Assembly: GCA_950097015.1 (NCBI GenBank) | Contig: CATNEN010000038.1 | Location: 34,720,001-34,784,000, forward strand | Reading direction: 5' to 3' | Origin: Macrostomum hystrix | Taxonomy: Eukaryota > Animalia > Platyhelminthes | Length of the DNA: 64,000 bases | Shown here: one piece after another, positions 1 through 12,534 of the stretch | Layout of the letters: each line of letters starts with the position of its first letter | Numbering within the stretch: the first letter of the stretch is position 1 | Program-made: the position numbers and the translations under genes | Notes under the pieces: generated by a model | What the model saw: the letters and a program-made list of their open reading frames with translations, nothing else | Told to the model about the DNA's origin: nothing | Databases searched by the model: none

Positions 1-485
1 AAATCACAGTCTGACCGTTTCCTTGAAAATCACAGCTTATGAATGATTCTTAGAAAACACGGCTTTTGAATGATTCTTTGAAAACCATTCTGACCGATTC
101 TTAGAAAATCTGTCGGACCGATTCTAAGAAAATCAGAGTCCAATTGATTTTTTGAAAATCACTGTCCTACCGATTCTTAGAAAATCACAATCTAACCGAT
201 TCTTAGAAAATCACAATCTAACCGATTCTTAGAAAATCACAATCTAACCGATTCTTAGAAAATCACAGTCTAACCGATTCTTAGAAAATCACAATCTAAC
301 CGATTCTTAGAAAATCACAATCTAACCAATTCTTAGAAAATCACAATCTAACCGATTCTTAGAAAATCACAATCTAACCAATTCTTAGAAAATCACAGTC
401 TAACCGATTCTAGGAGAATCACAGTCTAACCGATTCTAGGAAAATCACAGCGTAACCGATTCTTTGAAAATCGGAATCTTAGAAA
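1..485. repeat. 26-bp minisatellite (TTAGAAAATCACAATCTAACCGATTC)n in a RAB3GAP2 intron
   Basis: Tandem copies visible; homogeneous core about 175-410 with degenerate edges. Confidence 0.95.
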
Positions 486-590
486 ACTGCTGTGTATTTA
501 TGAGATTCGTAGAAGATCATATTGATAGCGATGCGCTGATGACTAATTCCTAATGACTAAAACACTGAAATCATGACGAACTCCGCACAG

Positions 591-3500
591 GTTGGCTGGG
601 TGGCAGCCCACGATACCGCTGGCAAGGGAGGCCGCGCCCTATTCCTGGTCATCTACGCCAGCCGACGCGGCCTCCTTGAAGTATGGACCGCCTGCCACGG
701 TCCTCGAGTAGCCGCCTTCAATGTTACGAGGAACGGCCGCCTGCTTTACTGTCCACACTCGCTAATGGGTTTGAGCAGTCTCAACGCCAGGCACTACAGC
801 ACCGGCTACTGCTATTTCTTAGATTCTAATCTCAGTATTAAAGCTGTGCATGTGCCCTACCATTTGGCATTCACTGACGCTAATAGCTATCAGGTGAGTG
901 ACTAGCATTTTATTAGCTAATCTGAAAAATAATTCTGGGTTTGGGATAAATACCTACCTGCCTACCTTCCTGCCTACCTTCCTGCCTACCTTCCTGCCTA
1001 CCTTCCTGCCTACCTTCCTGCCTACCTTCCTGCCTACCTTCCTGCCTACCTTCCTGCCTACCTTCCTGCCTACCTACCTGCCTGCTTACCTACTTACCTA
1101 CCTATCTGCTAACTTACTAAACCTATCTAAATATTTATCTGAAAATCTACCTGCCTGTGTATTTACAAACCTAACTACCTACCTATCTACCAAACTAGCT
1201 ACTTACCTACCAACCAACCTAACTTCTTATCTACCTACCAACCTACCTATCTACCAACCTGCCTGCCTACCTACTTGTCTACAAACCTACCTTAGCTACC
1301 TATCTACCAACCTGCCTGCCTACCTACTTGTCTACAAACCTACCTTAGCTACCTATCTACCAACCTGCCTGCCTACCTACTTGTCTACAAACCTACCTTA
1401 GCTACTTGTCTACAAACCTACCTTAGCTACCTATCTACCAACCTACCTTAGCTACCTATCTACCAACCTGCCTGCCTACCTACTTGTCTACAAACCTACC
1501 TTAGCTACTTGTCTACCAACAGACCTACCAAATTATCGGCTGGACTTGAGCCACCTGCTTACTTACCTACCTCCCTACCGCCCGCGCAGACCCACGACGC
1601 TGCCCTGTTGAAGCAGCTGCGTCAGACTCTGCGCGAAGCAACAGAATTTGGCGAAGCCGAGTCGCTACGCATTCGCCAACAGTTAAGCCAGTTCCGTCTA
1701 GTTAGCTACCTGGAGCAGGCGGTTGACAGGCTGATTGGCGCCAAGCTGATGACCCAGCCAGTTCTTGACGCCTGTTTGAGGCAGGCCCTGGACATGCTGA
1801 CCGGAGGCGGCTCCTGTCTGCCCGGCAGTTCAGCCGGAGAGCGAGCCAAGTTAGGCGCATTCGTGGCAAGCGAGCTGGAATTGTTGAACGCCTACACTCT
1901 GGTTCGCGCGGTTACGGCTGACTCGGGCGAATCTAGCGGTACAATTGCTGCTTCTGCGTCAGATAACCCCGTTGCGCCAGATTTGAACAGCTGGCTAAAC
2001 GCTCTGCCCAAGCCTGAGATGCTTGGTGTCGAAGCCAACGAAGCCATTGGCCGGGTTTTAACCCGACTAACTGAAAAGATTGGAGCCAATCAGGCCAATC
2101 GGGTGGTATGTGTCTTCTTTGTAAACTTTGATTTTTGAAAGCACACATGTATGTTAAAATTACATGCCCAGGAAAGTACACAATACATGTATATTGTACA
2201 CGCTTATTAAAAAAGTACAGTCGAAAATAGTAAACGAAATCACAAATTTAAAGTAAACACGCAGAGTTAGAGTACATACGCAGATTTAAAGCATATACGC
2301 TGATTAAAAGTACATACGCAGAATCAGAGTACATACGCAGATTTAAAGTACACGCGCAGAGTTAAAGTACATACGCAGATTTAAAGTACACGCGCAGAGT
2401 TAAAGTACATACGCAGAATCAGAGTACATACGCAGATTTAAAGTACACGCGCAGAGTTAAAGTACATACGCAGATTTAAAGTACACGCGCAGAGTTAAAG
2501 TACATACGCAGATTTAAAGTACACACGAAAATATGAAGTTCACGTACATGTAAAAATACACAAGCTGAATAATCGTGCACATGCAGATTTAAAGTACAAA
2601 CCCTCAAATATAAAAAAAAATAATTAGTAGAATTTCTCAAAATAATATGTAAAATGTGTACTAAGTATAAAAGTACACATGCGCCAAAAATGTTTTGCTA
2701 ACACTGAGTGGGTTTTATAAATATTCATTTGCATTTGAAGTCCTAATCTGTACTACTCATAGCAACAGAGTGCAAATTTGGTCTCGTCTAAAATTTCTTT
2801 CATATTTCAGACCGAATCGGAAGAGTTAAAACCGCCGTTCAGTGTGCCAGCCTTTCTTAACATGTTCTTCTGCGTGATTGAGAAGGCCGCACAACAACCG
2901 GATCAGTCGCAGCAGCAGCCACAGCAGCAGTTCGTTGCCAGGGTCCAATTTCGCGACGAGGCCTCAATGGAAGACAAGGCCAGGCTAGGCGAATTTCTAG
3001 CTCAGAGCTACTTGGCCGGCCACGTGACTTTGGAAGACCTGCTGGCTATTTTGCGTTGCGATCAGCTGACCGGGTCAGTGGACTGTGCCACGGGTTTCAC
3101 TGTTTCATTGATCTAGATGTAGAATCCCTTATCTAGATTCCCTTCTTTGTTCTAGATTTAGAACTCCACCTTAGATCTTTATCCAGAATTCCTCCTTGGA
3201 TCTTGATTTAGAATCCCATCTTACATCTAGATCCAGAATCCCTAGTTAGATCTAGATCCAGAATCCCTTCTTAGATCTAGATCCAGAATCCCTTCTTAGA
3301 TCTAGATCCAGAATCCCTTCTTAGATCTAGATCCAGAATCCCTTCTTAGATCTAGATCCAGAATCCCTTCTTAAATCTGGATCCAGAATCCCTTCTTAAA
3401 TCTAGATCCAGAATCCCTTTTTAAATCTAGATCCAGAATCCCTTCTTAGATCTCGATCTTCTTCTTAGCCTCTCGCACCAAGGTCACTGAGGTCGATTCC

Positions 3501-6500
3501 ACGGCGAGGCCACATTCATTTGGGGTGCAGCCGCGGAGAGAAGGCTTGCGGACTTGTCGTGCAATTTACGCCTTGGATGGCCAACCTCCAAGGCACAGTG
3601 CGAGTGTACACACGCCTGACGATGAGAAAGTCAGGGCTGATGTACTCACCTGTGTGAGCGTGTGCTCGCGTACAGTATCTGTGTGCGTGTGTGCTCAGGA
3701 GTCAAGGATATCGGCAGAATTGCCTCCTCGCTGGCTGCGGGTCTAGTGTCACCAAATGGTGTGCCATCGGGCACAGCCGATCCTGCAGATATTATTTTAT
3801 AAACATGGCAAATCATACAGTTGATCACATCTCTACATTTTATGCCTCTCACTCAACTACCACATGTCAGCTGTGGTGTCCTACTTGAGTCGCTCGCCTG
3901 CCACCTGCTGCTCGACTGGCGCCGCGCCGTCCTCCGCTACGATTGGCTGTCGAGATTTCGCCTCCTATTCTTAGACTCTCTACGCCTGCTGTCTATGGCC
4001 GAAACTGCTGTCGCGGTCGCAGCTGCCACAGTTGACAGCCTGCGCTTAGCGGCTGCATCGGCTGACCAACCGCCTGGTGCACTGATTCTGGCCCTGCTGC
4101 TCATTGACTCGCTTGGCGAAGCAGCCGTCCTTGACGAAGCCGCTGAGAGCTTGCATCACCTGGCTTTAAAGCTGAAGGATACCTGCGCTCTGTGGCTGTG
4201 CATGGAGACTGAACCGCTGTCAGTTAGGCTGCTAGAACAGGTTGGTCATGACACGCAATGTCATAGCACACAATGTCATAGCACACAATGTCATAGCACA
4301 CAATGTCATAGCACACAATCTCATAGCACACAATGTCATAACACACAATGTCATAGCGCACAATGTCATAGCACACAATGTCATAGCACACAATGTCATA
4401 GCACACAATGTCATAGCACACAATGTCATAGCACACAATGTCATATCACACAATGTCATAGCACACAATGTCATAACACACAATGTCATAACACACAATG
4501 TCATAGCACACAATGTCATAACACACAATGTCATAGCGCACAATGTCATAGCACACAATGTCATAGCACACAATGTCATAGCACACAATGTCATAACACA
4601 CAATGTCATAGCACACAATGTCACAATACCTCCAACCAGGGCAATCGAGGCCTTGTCGGCGAACTGCTGGCCCGTCGGCTCGTGTCAGCTGGCCGGGGAC
4701 CAGCCGACCTCGAGCGCCTATTTCTCGAGGAGTCCTCAGACGCAGACTTTGCTCTGGCGCATTCGTCCTTCCCATTGAGCCTGCAGTTTGACGTGTTAGC
4801 TGCCAACTGTGCCTGGGAGGCCGGCCTAGACTGGGTTCGCGAGCCTGACCGTTGCGAGCGGCTGTCTGCCTGTCTGGCCTACATGAGTCTGCTGGGTAGC
4901 GGGTCTGGCTGTTTGAAGCAGGGTCTTAGCTCCATGCTGTGGCATGTGCACTTTTGCAAACCGTTGCGGTCTCTGGCCTTTCTAACCGACAAAGCTGGTC
5001 GACAACCGGGCGAGAGGGCGACTCGCCGCGAATTGGGCATGTCAGCTTCGGCGGCCAGCGAGTTTGCCGCCCTGATGGCCGAATTTCTCAGCGTAAGTGG
5101 CTGCAGTCCTGAGCTCGAATCCGCGACCCTAGATCTATTTTTAGATCTAAATCTAAATCTGGTTAATTAGGCTAATTAGCTGGTTAATTAGGCTAATTAG
5201 GCTAATTATGTTGCTAGGTAAATAAATAGCCTAGCCGCGGATTCGAGCTTATGACCTCCTCTGCTAGATTCGCCTAATCATTGTTTATGCTCATTGCCCG
5301 CAGGACTGTTTCCACACCGCTTACGCTGACGTTGTCCCAGCCCTGGCTATGGAGCCATTGTGGGACAATCCCACAGGCCGACTGTCTCTGTGCGAGCTGG
5401 CTCTGGACCAGACTGCCCCGGTGCCTGAAGCTGTACGGCAGCACCGTGAACTCAGCCAGGCGCTTCACATCATCCTGGCCCTGCGACTTGGTGTCCGACT
5501 GTTCTCCTTGTTCCCCTCCAAACTGCTGTTTCGCTCGTTGACTTCAACTGCAGCTCCAGCTGCGGCAGCTTCGCAGCATCAGCATCAGACGGTGAGTCGC
5601 CTGAATGTCTCTATAGGCAGATTCCGGGGTGTCTGTTTGGGCAGATTCCGGAGTGTCTGTTTGTGCAGATTCCGGAGTGTCTGTTTGTGCAGATTCCGGG
5701 GTGTCTGTTTGTGCAGATTCCGGGGTGTCTGTTTGTGCAGATTCCGGAGTGTCTGTTTGGGCAGATTCCGGGGCGTCTGTTTGGGCAGATTCCAGGGCGT
5801 CTGTTTGGGCAGATTCCGGGGTGTCTGTTTGGGCAGATTCCGGGGCATCTGTTTGGGCAGATTCGAGGGCGTCTGTTGGGTAGATTCCGGGGCGTCTGTT
5901 TGGGCAGATTCAAGGGTTTCTGTTTGGCCAGATTCCGGTGCGTCAGTTTGGGCAGATTCCCGGGCGTCTGTTTGGGCAGATTCAAGGGTTTCTGTTTGGT
6001 CAGATTCCGGTGCGTCAGTTTGGGCAGATTCCAGGGCGTCTGTTTGGGCAGATTCAAGGGTTTCTGTTTGGCCAGATTCCGGTGAGTCAGTTTGGTTAGA
6101 TTCCGGAGTGTCTGTTTGTGCTTACGGGGCGTCTGTTTGTGCAGATTCTAATGTGTCTCTTGGGCAGATTCCGGGGTTTCTGTGTGGGCGGATTCCGGGG
6201 AATCAGTTTTTGCAGATTCCTGGTGTCTGTTTGGGAATTTTCTGAATTAGAATTTTTTCGTATCTCTGACAACACCTCTGGTACTAAGTTAAGTAGAATG
6301 CTGCGCAAAATGCACCCGCAAAGCAGCCAGTTTCGTCGGCAGACGTGGCGCGCTCAAATTTTCTGATGTCAGCAATGAGAGCCGCCGTTCGAGCTGGCGT
6401 TGAAGCCGAAGTCGAGCGTCGCCTGGTTCGATGCATCTACCGCCTAGCCGAGGATTGGTTCGGCGGCGGCGGCAACAGCAGCGAACAGTGCCAATTGCTG

Positions 6501-7827
6501 CTTGATCGTCTAAGGAGGTCGCGAGTACGAGACCTATTCGCCATGGGTCGAGACGTCGACGCGGAGGCGCTTATCTCCGGAGTGGGGCAACGCTTCCTAT
6601 TGGCGAGCGACCTGCTGACTGTGATTGGCTCGCGACTGCACCGCCTGGACAAGACTGGTGCGCCTCATTCACTGCAGCTTTCAACTGTCTTAGTGTACAG
6701 TAGCCTTCCATCCTACATCCATCCTAGACAGTAGCCTTCCATCCTACATCCATCCGAGACAGTAGCCTTCCATCCTACATCCATCCTAGACAGTAGCCTT
6801 CCATCCTACATCCATCCTAGACAGTAGCCTTCCATCCTACATCCATCCTAGACAGTAGCCTTCCATCCTACATCCATCCTAGACAGTAGCCTTCCATCCT
6901 ACATACATCCTAGACAGTAGCCTTCCATCCTACATCCATCCTAGACAGTAGCCTTCCATCCTACATCCATCCTAGACAGTAGCCTTCCATCCTACATCCA
7001 TCCTAGACAGTAGCCTTCCATCCTACATCCATCCTAGACAGTAGCCTTCCATCCTACATCCATCCTAGACAGTAGCCTTCCATCCTACATCCATCCTAGA
7101 CAAGCAGCCTTCCATCCCAGACAAGTAGCCTTCCATCCTAGACAGTAGCCTTCCATCCTAGACAAGTAGCCTTCCATCCTAGACAAGTAGCCTTCCATCC
7201 TAGACAAGTAGCCTTCCATCCTAGACAAGTAGCCTTCCATCCTAGACAAGTAGCCTTCCATCCTAGACAAGTAGCCTTCCATCCTAGACAAGTAGCCTTC
7301 CATCCTAGACAAGTAGCCTTCCATCCTAGACAAGTAGCCTTCCATCCTAGACAAGTAGCCTTCCATCCTAGACAAGTAGCCTTCCATCCTAGACAAGTAG
7401 CCTTCCATCCTAGACAAGTAGCCTTCCATCCTAGACAAGTAGCCTTCCATCCTAGACAAGTAGCCTTCCATCCTAGACAAGTAGCCTTCCATCCTAGACA
7501 AGTAGCCTTCCATCCTAGACAAGTAGCCTTCCATCCTAGACAAGTAGCCTTCCATCCTAGACAAGTAGCCTTCCATCCTAGACAAGTAGCCTTCCATCCT
7601 AGACAAGTAGCCTTCCATCCTAGACAAGTAGCCTTCCATCCTAGACAAGTAGCCTTCCATCCTAGACAAGTAGCCTTCCATCCTAGACAAGCAGCCTATC
7701 TAAAGAAGTTTTCCTTTTTGCAGGCCAACTATCTGTGCTATCCATAGCTGTGCCCTCTGTGTCGGCATGGATTGAGAGTTGCGACACTGAGGATGTGCCC
7801 GCAATGTTGGACGAGCAACAGCAACAA

Positions 7828-7862
<35 letters not shown>

Positions 7863-7995
7863 CACCCAGGAGCAGCTTGAAGCGGATATGGCGGGCATGA
7901 AAAGACTCATGCGCCACCTTTTAAATGACATGCGAGAAACACAGGACGATTACAAGCTAGCTCTGCAGGTTAACGAACTGCTAAACTGCTTCTAG
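591..7995 (+). CDS. RAB3GAP2: Rab3 GTPase-activating protein non-catalytic subunit, 5'-partial (last 8 exons, ~931 aa in window)
   Basis: Exons 591-893, 1590-2105, 2811-3073, 3871-4240, 4640-5092, 5304-5591, 6327-6657, 7724-7995. All junctions are GT-AG with matching phases; total 2796 nt. FLVIYASRRGLLEVW...GPRVAAFNV...VPYHLA matches the RAB3GAP2 motif FLVIYAPRRGILEVW...GPRVGAFNV...VPFHLA. Confidence 0.93.
951..1575. repeat. (CCTACCTTCCTG)n and CCTA-type micro/minisatellite, intron 894-1589
   Basis: Perfect 12-bp units at about 957-1075, then degenerate derivatives. Confidence 0.9.
2245..2530. repeat. 19-bp minisatellite (AGATTTAAAGTACATACGC)n, intron 2106-2810
   Basis: Tandem copies with alternating variants. 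Confidence 0.9.
3110..3465. repeat. 25-bp minisatellite (TCTAGATCCAGAATCCCTTCTTAGA)n, intron 3074-3870
   Basis: Tandem copies visible. Confidence 0.9.
3468..3800 (+). mobile_element. tRNA-derived SINE family A, 5'-truncated copy
   Basis: Similar throughout to copies at 24468, 32043, 41378, 42043 and 59797; B-box-like GGTCGATTCC; AT-rich tail. Confidence 0.88.
4250..4626. repeat. 15-bp minisatellite (CACACAATGTCATAG)n filling intron 4241-4639
   Basis: About 25 tandem units; reads (TQCHS)n in the RAB3GAP2 frame. Confidence 0.95.
5615..6240. repeat. 24-bp minisatellite (GCAGATTCCGGGGTGTCTGTTTGG)n, intron 5592-6326
   Basis: Tandem copies; explains the repetitive ORFs here. Confidence 0.93.
6697..7697. 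repeat. Compound minisatellite: 31-bp unit switching to a related 21-bp unit (AGACAAGTAGCCTTCCATCCT), intron 6658-7723
   Basis: 31-mers to about 7100, near-perfect 21-mers from about 7160 to 7690. Confidence 0.95.
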
Positions 7996-8341
7996 TCCTG
8001 TGGTTTGCCTACGCGACATGCTATCCAAAAACCATTTTATCCTTTTCACTCGCGATATTTTACTTATTTTACTAAATCTATATCTTAACTTGTACTTTCT
8101 ACATTTTCTTGTTCAATACCGTGTTACAGATTATTCCTCATTCAAAAAGTACAATTTATCTATTGTTTAATTCTAGTATTGTTTCAATTACATAAATTGA
8201 TTAATCGATTAATTTTTTTGATATATATCGGGTGTTAGATGTGGTTGCGCCTGAAGAAGCTGTGGTTTCAGAAAATATATTTCCTGCTTAATGAATATTT
8301 GATGTAAATGTAATTCTAGTCCTAGCTTCTTACGTTTCTTT

Positions 8342-10128
8342 TATCTAGTCTACAGTCCCACTGTCTCTTATCTACAGTCTACTGTCCCACTGTCTCTTAT
8401 CTACAGTCTACTGTCCCACTGTCTCTTATCTACAGTCTACTGTCCCACTGTCTCTTATCTACAGTCTACTGTCCCACTGTCTCTTATCTACAGTCTACTG
8501 TCCCACTGTCTCTTATCTACAGTCTACTGTCCCACTGTCTCTTATCTACAGTCTACTGTCCCACTGTCTCTTATCTACAGTCTACAGTCCCACTGTCTCT
8601 ATCTACAGTCTACTGTCCCACTATCTCTTATCTACTGTCTACTGTCCCACTGTCTCTTATCTACAGTCTACAGTCCCACTGTCTCTTATCTACAGTCTAC
8701 TGTCCCACTGTCTCTTATCCACACTCTACTGTCCGACTGTCTCTTATCTACAGTCTACTGTCCCACTGTCTCTTATCTACACTCTACTGTCCCACTGTCT
8801 CTTATCTACACTCTACTGTCCCACTGTCTCTTATCTACACTCTACTCTCCCACTGTCTCTTATCCACACTCTACTGTCCCACTGTCTCTTATCTACACTC
8901 TACTGTCCCACTGTCTCTTATCTACACTCTACTCTCCCACTGTCTCTTATCCACACTCTACTGTCCCACTGTCTCTTATCTACACTCTACTCTCCCACTG
9001 TCTCTTATCTACACTCTACTGTCCGACTGTCTCTTATCTACAGTCTACTGTCCCACTGTCTCTTATCTACAGTCTACTGTCCCACTGTCTCTTATCTACA
9101 CTCTACTGTCCCACTGTCTCTTATCTACACTCTACTGTCCCACTGTCTCTTATCTACACTCTACTGTCCCACTGTCTCTTATCTACACTCTACTGTCCCA
9201 CTGTCTCTTATCCACACTCTACTGTCCCACTGTCTCTTATCCTTACTCTACTGTCCCACTGTCTCTTATCCACACTCTACTGTCCCACTGTCTCTTATCT
9301 ACACTCTACTGTCCCACTGTCTCTTATCTACACTCTACTCTCCCACTGTCTCTTATCCACACTCTACTGTCCCACTGTCTCTTATCTACAGTCTACAGTC
9401 CCACTGTCTCTTATCTACAGTCTACTGTCCCACTGTCTCTTATCCACACTCTACTGTCCGACTGTCTCTTATCTACAGTCTACTGTCCCACTGTCTCTTA
9501 TCTACACTCTACTGTCCCACTGTCTCTTATCTACACTCTACTGTCCCACTGTCTCTTATCTACACTCTACTGTCCCACTGTCTCTTATCTACACTCTACT
9601 GTCCCACTGTCTCTTATCTACACTCTACTGTCCCACTGTCTCTTATCCACACTCTACTGTCCCACTGTCTCTTATCCTTACTCTACTGTCCCACTGTCTC
9701 TTATCTACACTCTACTCTCCCACTGTCTCTTATCTACACTCTACTGTCCCACTGTCTCTTATCTACACTCTACTCTCCCACTGTCTCTTATCCACACTCT
9801 ACTGTCCCACTGTCTCTTATCTACACTCTACTCTCCCACTGTCTCTTATCCACACTCTACTGTCCCACTGTCTCTTATCTACACTCTACTCTCCCACTGT
9901 CTCTTATCCACACTCTACTGTCCCACTGTCTCTTATCTACACTCTACTCTCCCACTGTCTCTTATCCACACTCTACTGTCCCACTGTCTCTTATCTACAC
10001 TCTACTGTCCCACTGTCTCTTATCCACACTCTACTCTCCCACTGTCTCTTATCCACAGTCTACTCTCCCACGGTCTCTTATCCAGTCTACTCTCCCACGG
10101 TCTCTTATCCAGTCCACTCTCCCACTCC
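8342..10128. repeat. 29-bp satellite (CTACTGTCCCACTGTCTCTTATCTACA[G/C]T)n between the convergent RAB3GAP2 and ULK 3' ends
   Basis: About 60 tandem units. Confidence 0.96.
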
Positions 10129-10947
10129 CTAACCACGTATCTTGAAAATGAGCAAGGGCAGATGTTGCTAAAAGCTTCTATAATTAGTTTCAACGAGTCT
10201 TCAAATTGTTATTTACAGTCTACTCAATGAAAACTCAGTTAGTTATGTACGAGTATATTTGTTAATATAAGTGCAAAAGCTTCAAGAACTGCCCTACTAT
10301 AAATAGGAAATCAAAACTTAATTTCATACAACAGGTGCGGTGAAGCGGTGTGCAAAAATATAACCGAAAATGAAAGCAACAGTGTTTTAGTTTTTAAGAT
10401 ACTGTTAAATAGATCATTTTAACGTACTAGGTTATAATCATATAACTATAATATTATGTTTTTGAGTTTAGTAATAATACATAAAAATGCTGACATAAAA
10501 AAACTAAAAACAGGGCGCAACCTAAAGTGTGGTTTTAAACTGTACAATGGACACAAATATATCAATACGTGGGCAAGCGATTAAATATGTATTCTCAATT
10601 ATGAAGTAGTTGAATTACTGCACGAGGTAATTTACTCGTAATAACACCGTTTTTCCAAATAATCAGATAAAATGATATCTGATCAATAATCAATAATCAG
10701 ACTCAATCCTTGATCATAAAGTTTGTGCGTCTCTTATTTGTGAATACAAAATACTTTGCGAAAAACAACAGAAAAAAACAACTAACAGGTGCAGAATTAA
10801 CAACATATTGTTAATATCAAATATTTGATGCACACTTTTGTAGCTTTGCAGACTGAGTTTTATAAGCATTTAGAATTGAGACGTGCTCACGTAGAATTAT
10901 TTAAGCAGACAACTCTATCGTAACGAACTGGCCTGTCCATCGTCAGG

Positions 10948-12485
10948 AAAGTGGACAAGTTTATTCTTAGAAAGCGGACAAGTTCATAAAAGGAAGTGGA
11001 CGATTTCAATGTAAGAAAATTGACAAGTTCATCGTTAGAAGTAGACAAAGTCCATTTTTACAATTTGGACAAGTCTATTCTTAAAAAGTGGACAAGTCCA
11101 TTCTTACAAAGTGGACAAGTCCATTTTTACAAAGTGGACAACTCCATTCTTACAAAGTGGACAAGTCCATTCTTACAAAGTGGACAAGTATATTCTTACA
11201 AAGTGGACAAGTCCATTCTTACAAAGTGGACAAGTCCATTCTTACAAAGTGGACAAGTCCATTCTTACAAAGTGGACAAGTCCATTCTTACAAAGTGGAC
11301 TCATTCATTCTCAAAGAGTGGACAAGTCTATTCTTACAAAGTGGACAAGTCCATTCTTACAAAGTGGACAAGTATATTTTTACAAAGTGGACAAGTCCAT
11401 TCTTACAAAGTGGACAAGTCCATTTTTACAAAGTGGACAACTCCATTCTTACAAAGTGGACAAGTATATTCTTACAAAGTGGACAAGTCCATTCTTACAA
11501 AGTGGAAAAGTCCATTCTTACAAAGTGGACAAGTCCATTTTTACAAAGTGGACAAGTCCATTCTTACAAAGTGGACAAGTCCATTCTTACAAAGTGGACA
11601 AGTCCATTCTTACAAAGTGGACAAGTCCATTCTTACAAAGTGGACAAGTCCATTCTTACAAAGTGGACAAGTCCATTCTTACAAAGTGGACAACTCCATT
11701 CTTACAAAGTGGACAAGTATATTTTTACAAAGTGGACAAGTCCATTCTTACAAAGTGGACAAGTCCATTTTTACAAAGTGGACAACTCCATTCTTACAAA
11801 GTGGACAAGTATATTCTTACAAAGTGGACAAGTCCATTCTTACAAAGTGGACAACTCCATTCTTACAAAGTGGACAAGTCCATTTTTACAAAGTGGACAC
11901 TCCATTCTTACAAAGTGGACAACTCCATTCTTACAAAGTGGACAAGTATATTTTTACAAAGTGGACAAGTCCATTCTTACAAAGTGGACAAGTCCATTTT
12001 TACAAAGTGGACAACTCCATTCTTACAAAGTGGACAAGTATATTCTTACAAAGTGGACAAGTCCATTCTTACAAAGTGGAAAAGTCCATTCTTACAAAGT
12101 GGACAAGTCCATTCTTACAAAGTGGACAAGTCCATTCTTACAAAGTGGACAAGTCCATTCTTACAAAGTGGACAAGTCCATTCTTACAAAGTGGACAAGT
12201 CCATTCTTACAAAGTGGACAAGTCCATTCTTACAAAGTGGACAAGTCCATTCTTACAAAGTGGACAAGTCCATTCTTACAAAGTGGACAAGTCCATTCTT
12301 ACAAAGTGGACAAGTCCATTCTTACAAAGTGGACAACTCCATTCTTACAAAGTGGACAAGTCCATTTTTACAAAGTGGACACTCCATTCTTACAAAGTGG
12401 ACAAGTCCACTCTTACAAAGTGGACAAGTCCATTCTTACAAAGTGGACAAGTCCATTCTTACAAAGTGGACAAGTCCATTCTTTT
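10948..12485. repeat. 23-bp satellite (AAGTGGACAAGTCCATTCTTACA)n with internal inverted repeat TGGAC-AA-GTCCA
   Basis: About 65 units; stop-free in all three + frames, which produces the 460-515 aa artefact ORFs. Confidence 0.96.
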
Positions 12486-12534
12486 CCAACTGACCAACCA
12501 AAACATGTTCTCAAAACCAGCGAGCTGTCCAAGG

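Noticed and set aside
898-1401. LPTF-repeat hydrophobic ORF
   Set aside because: Translation of an intronic microsatellite.
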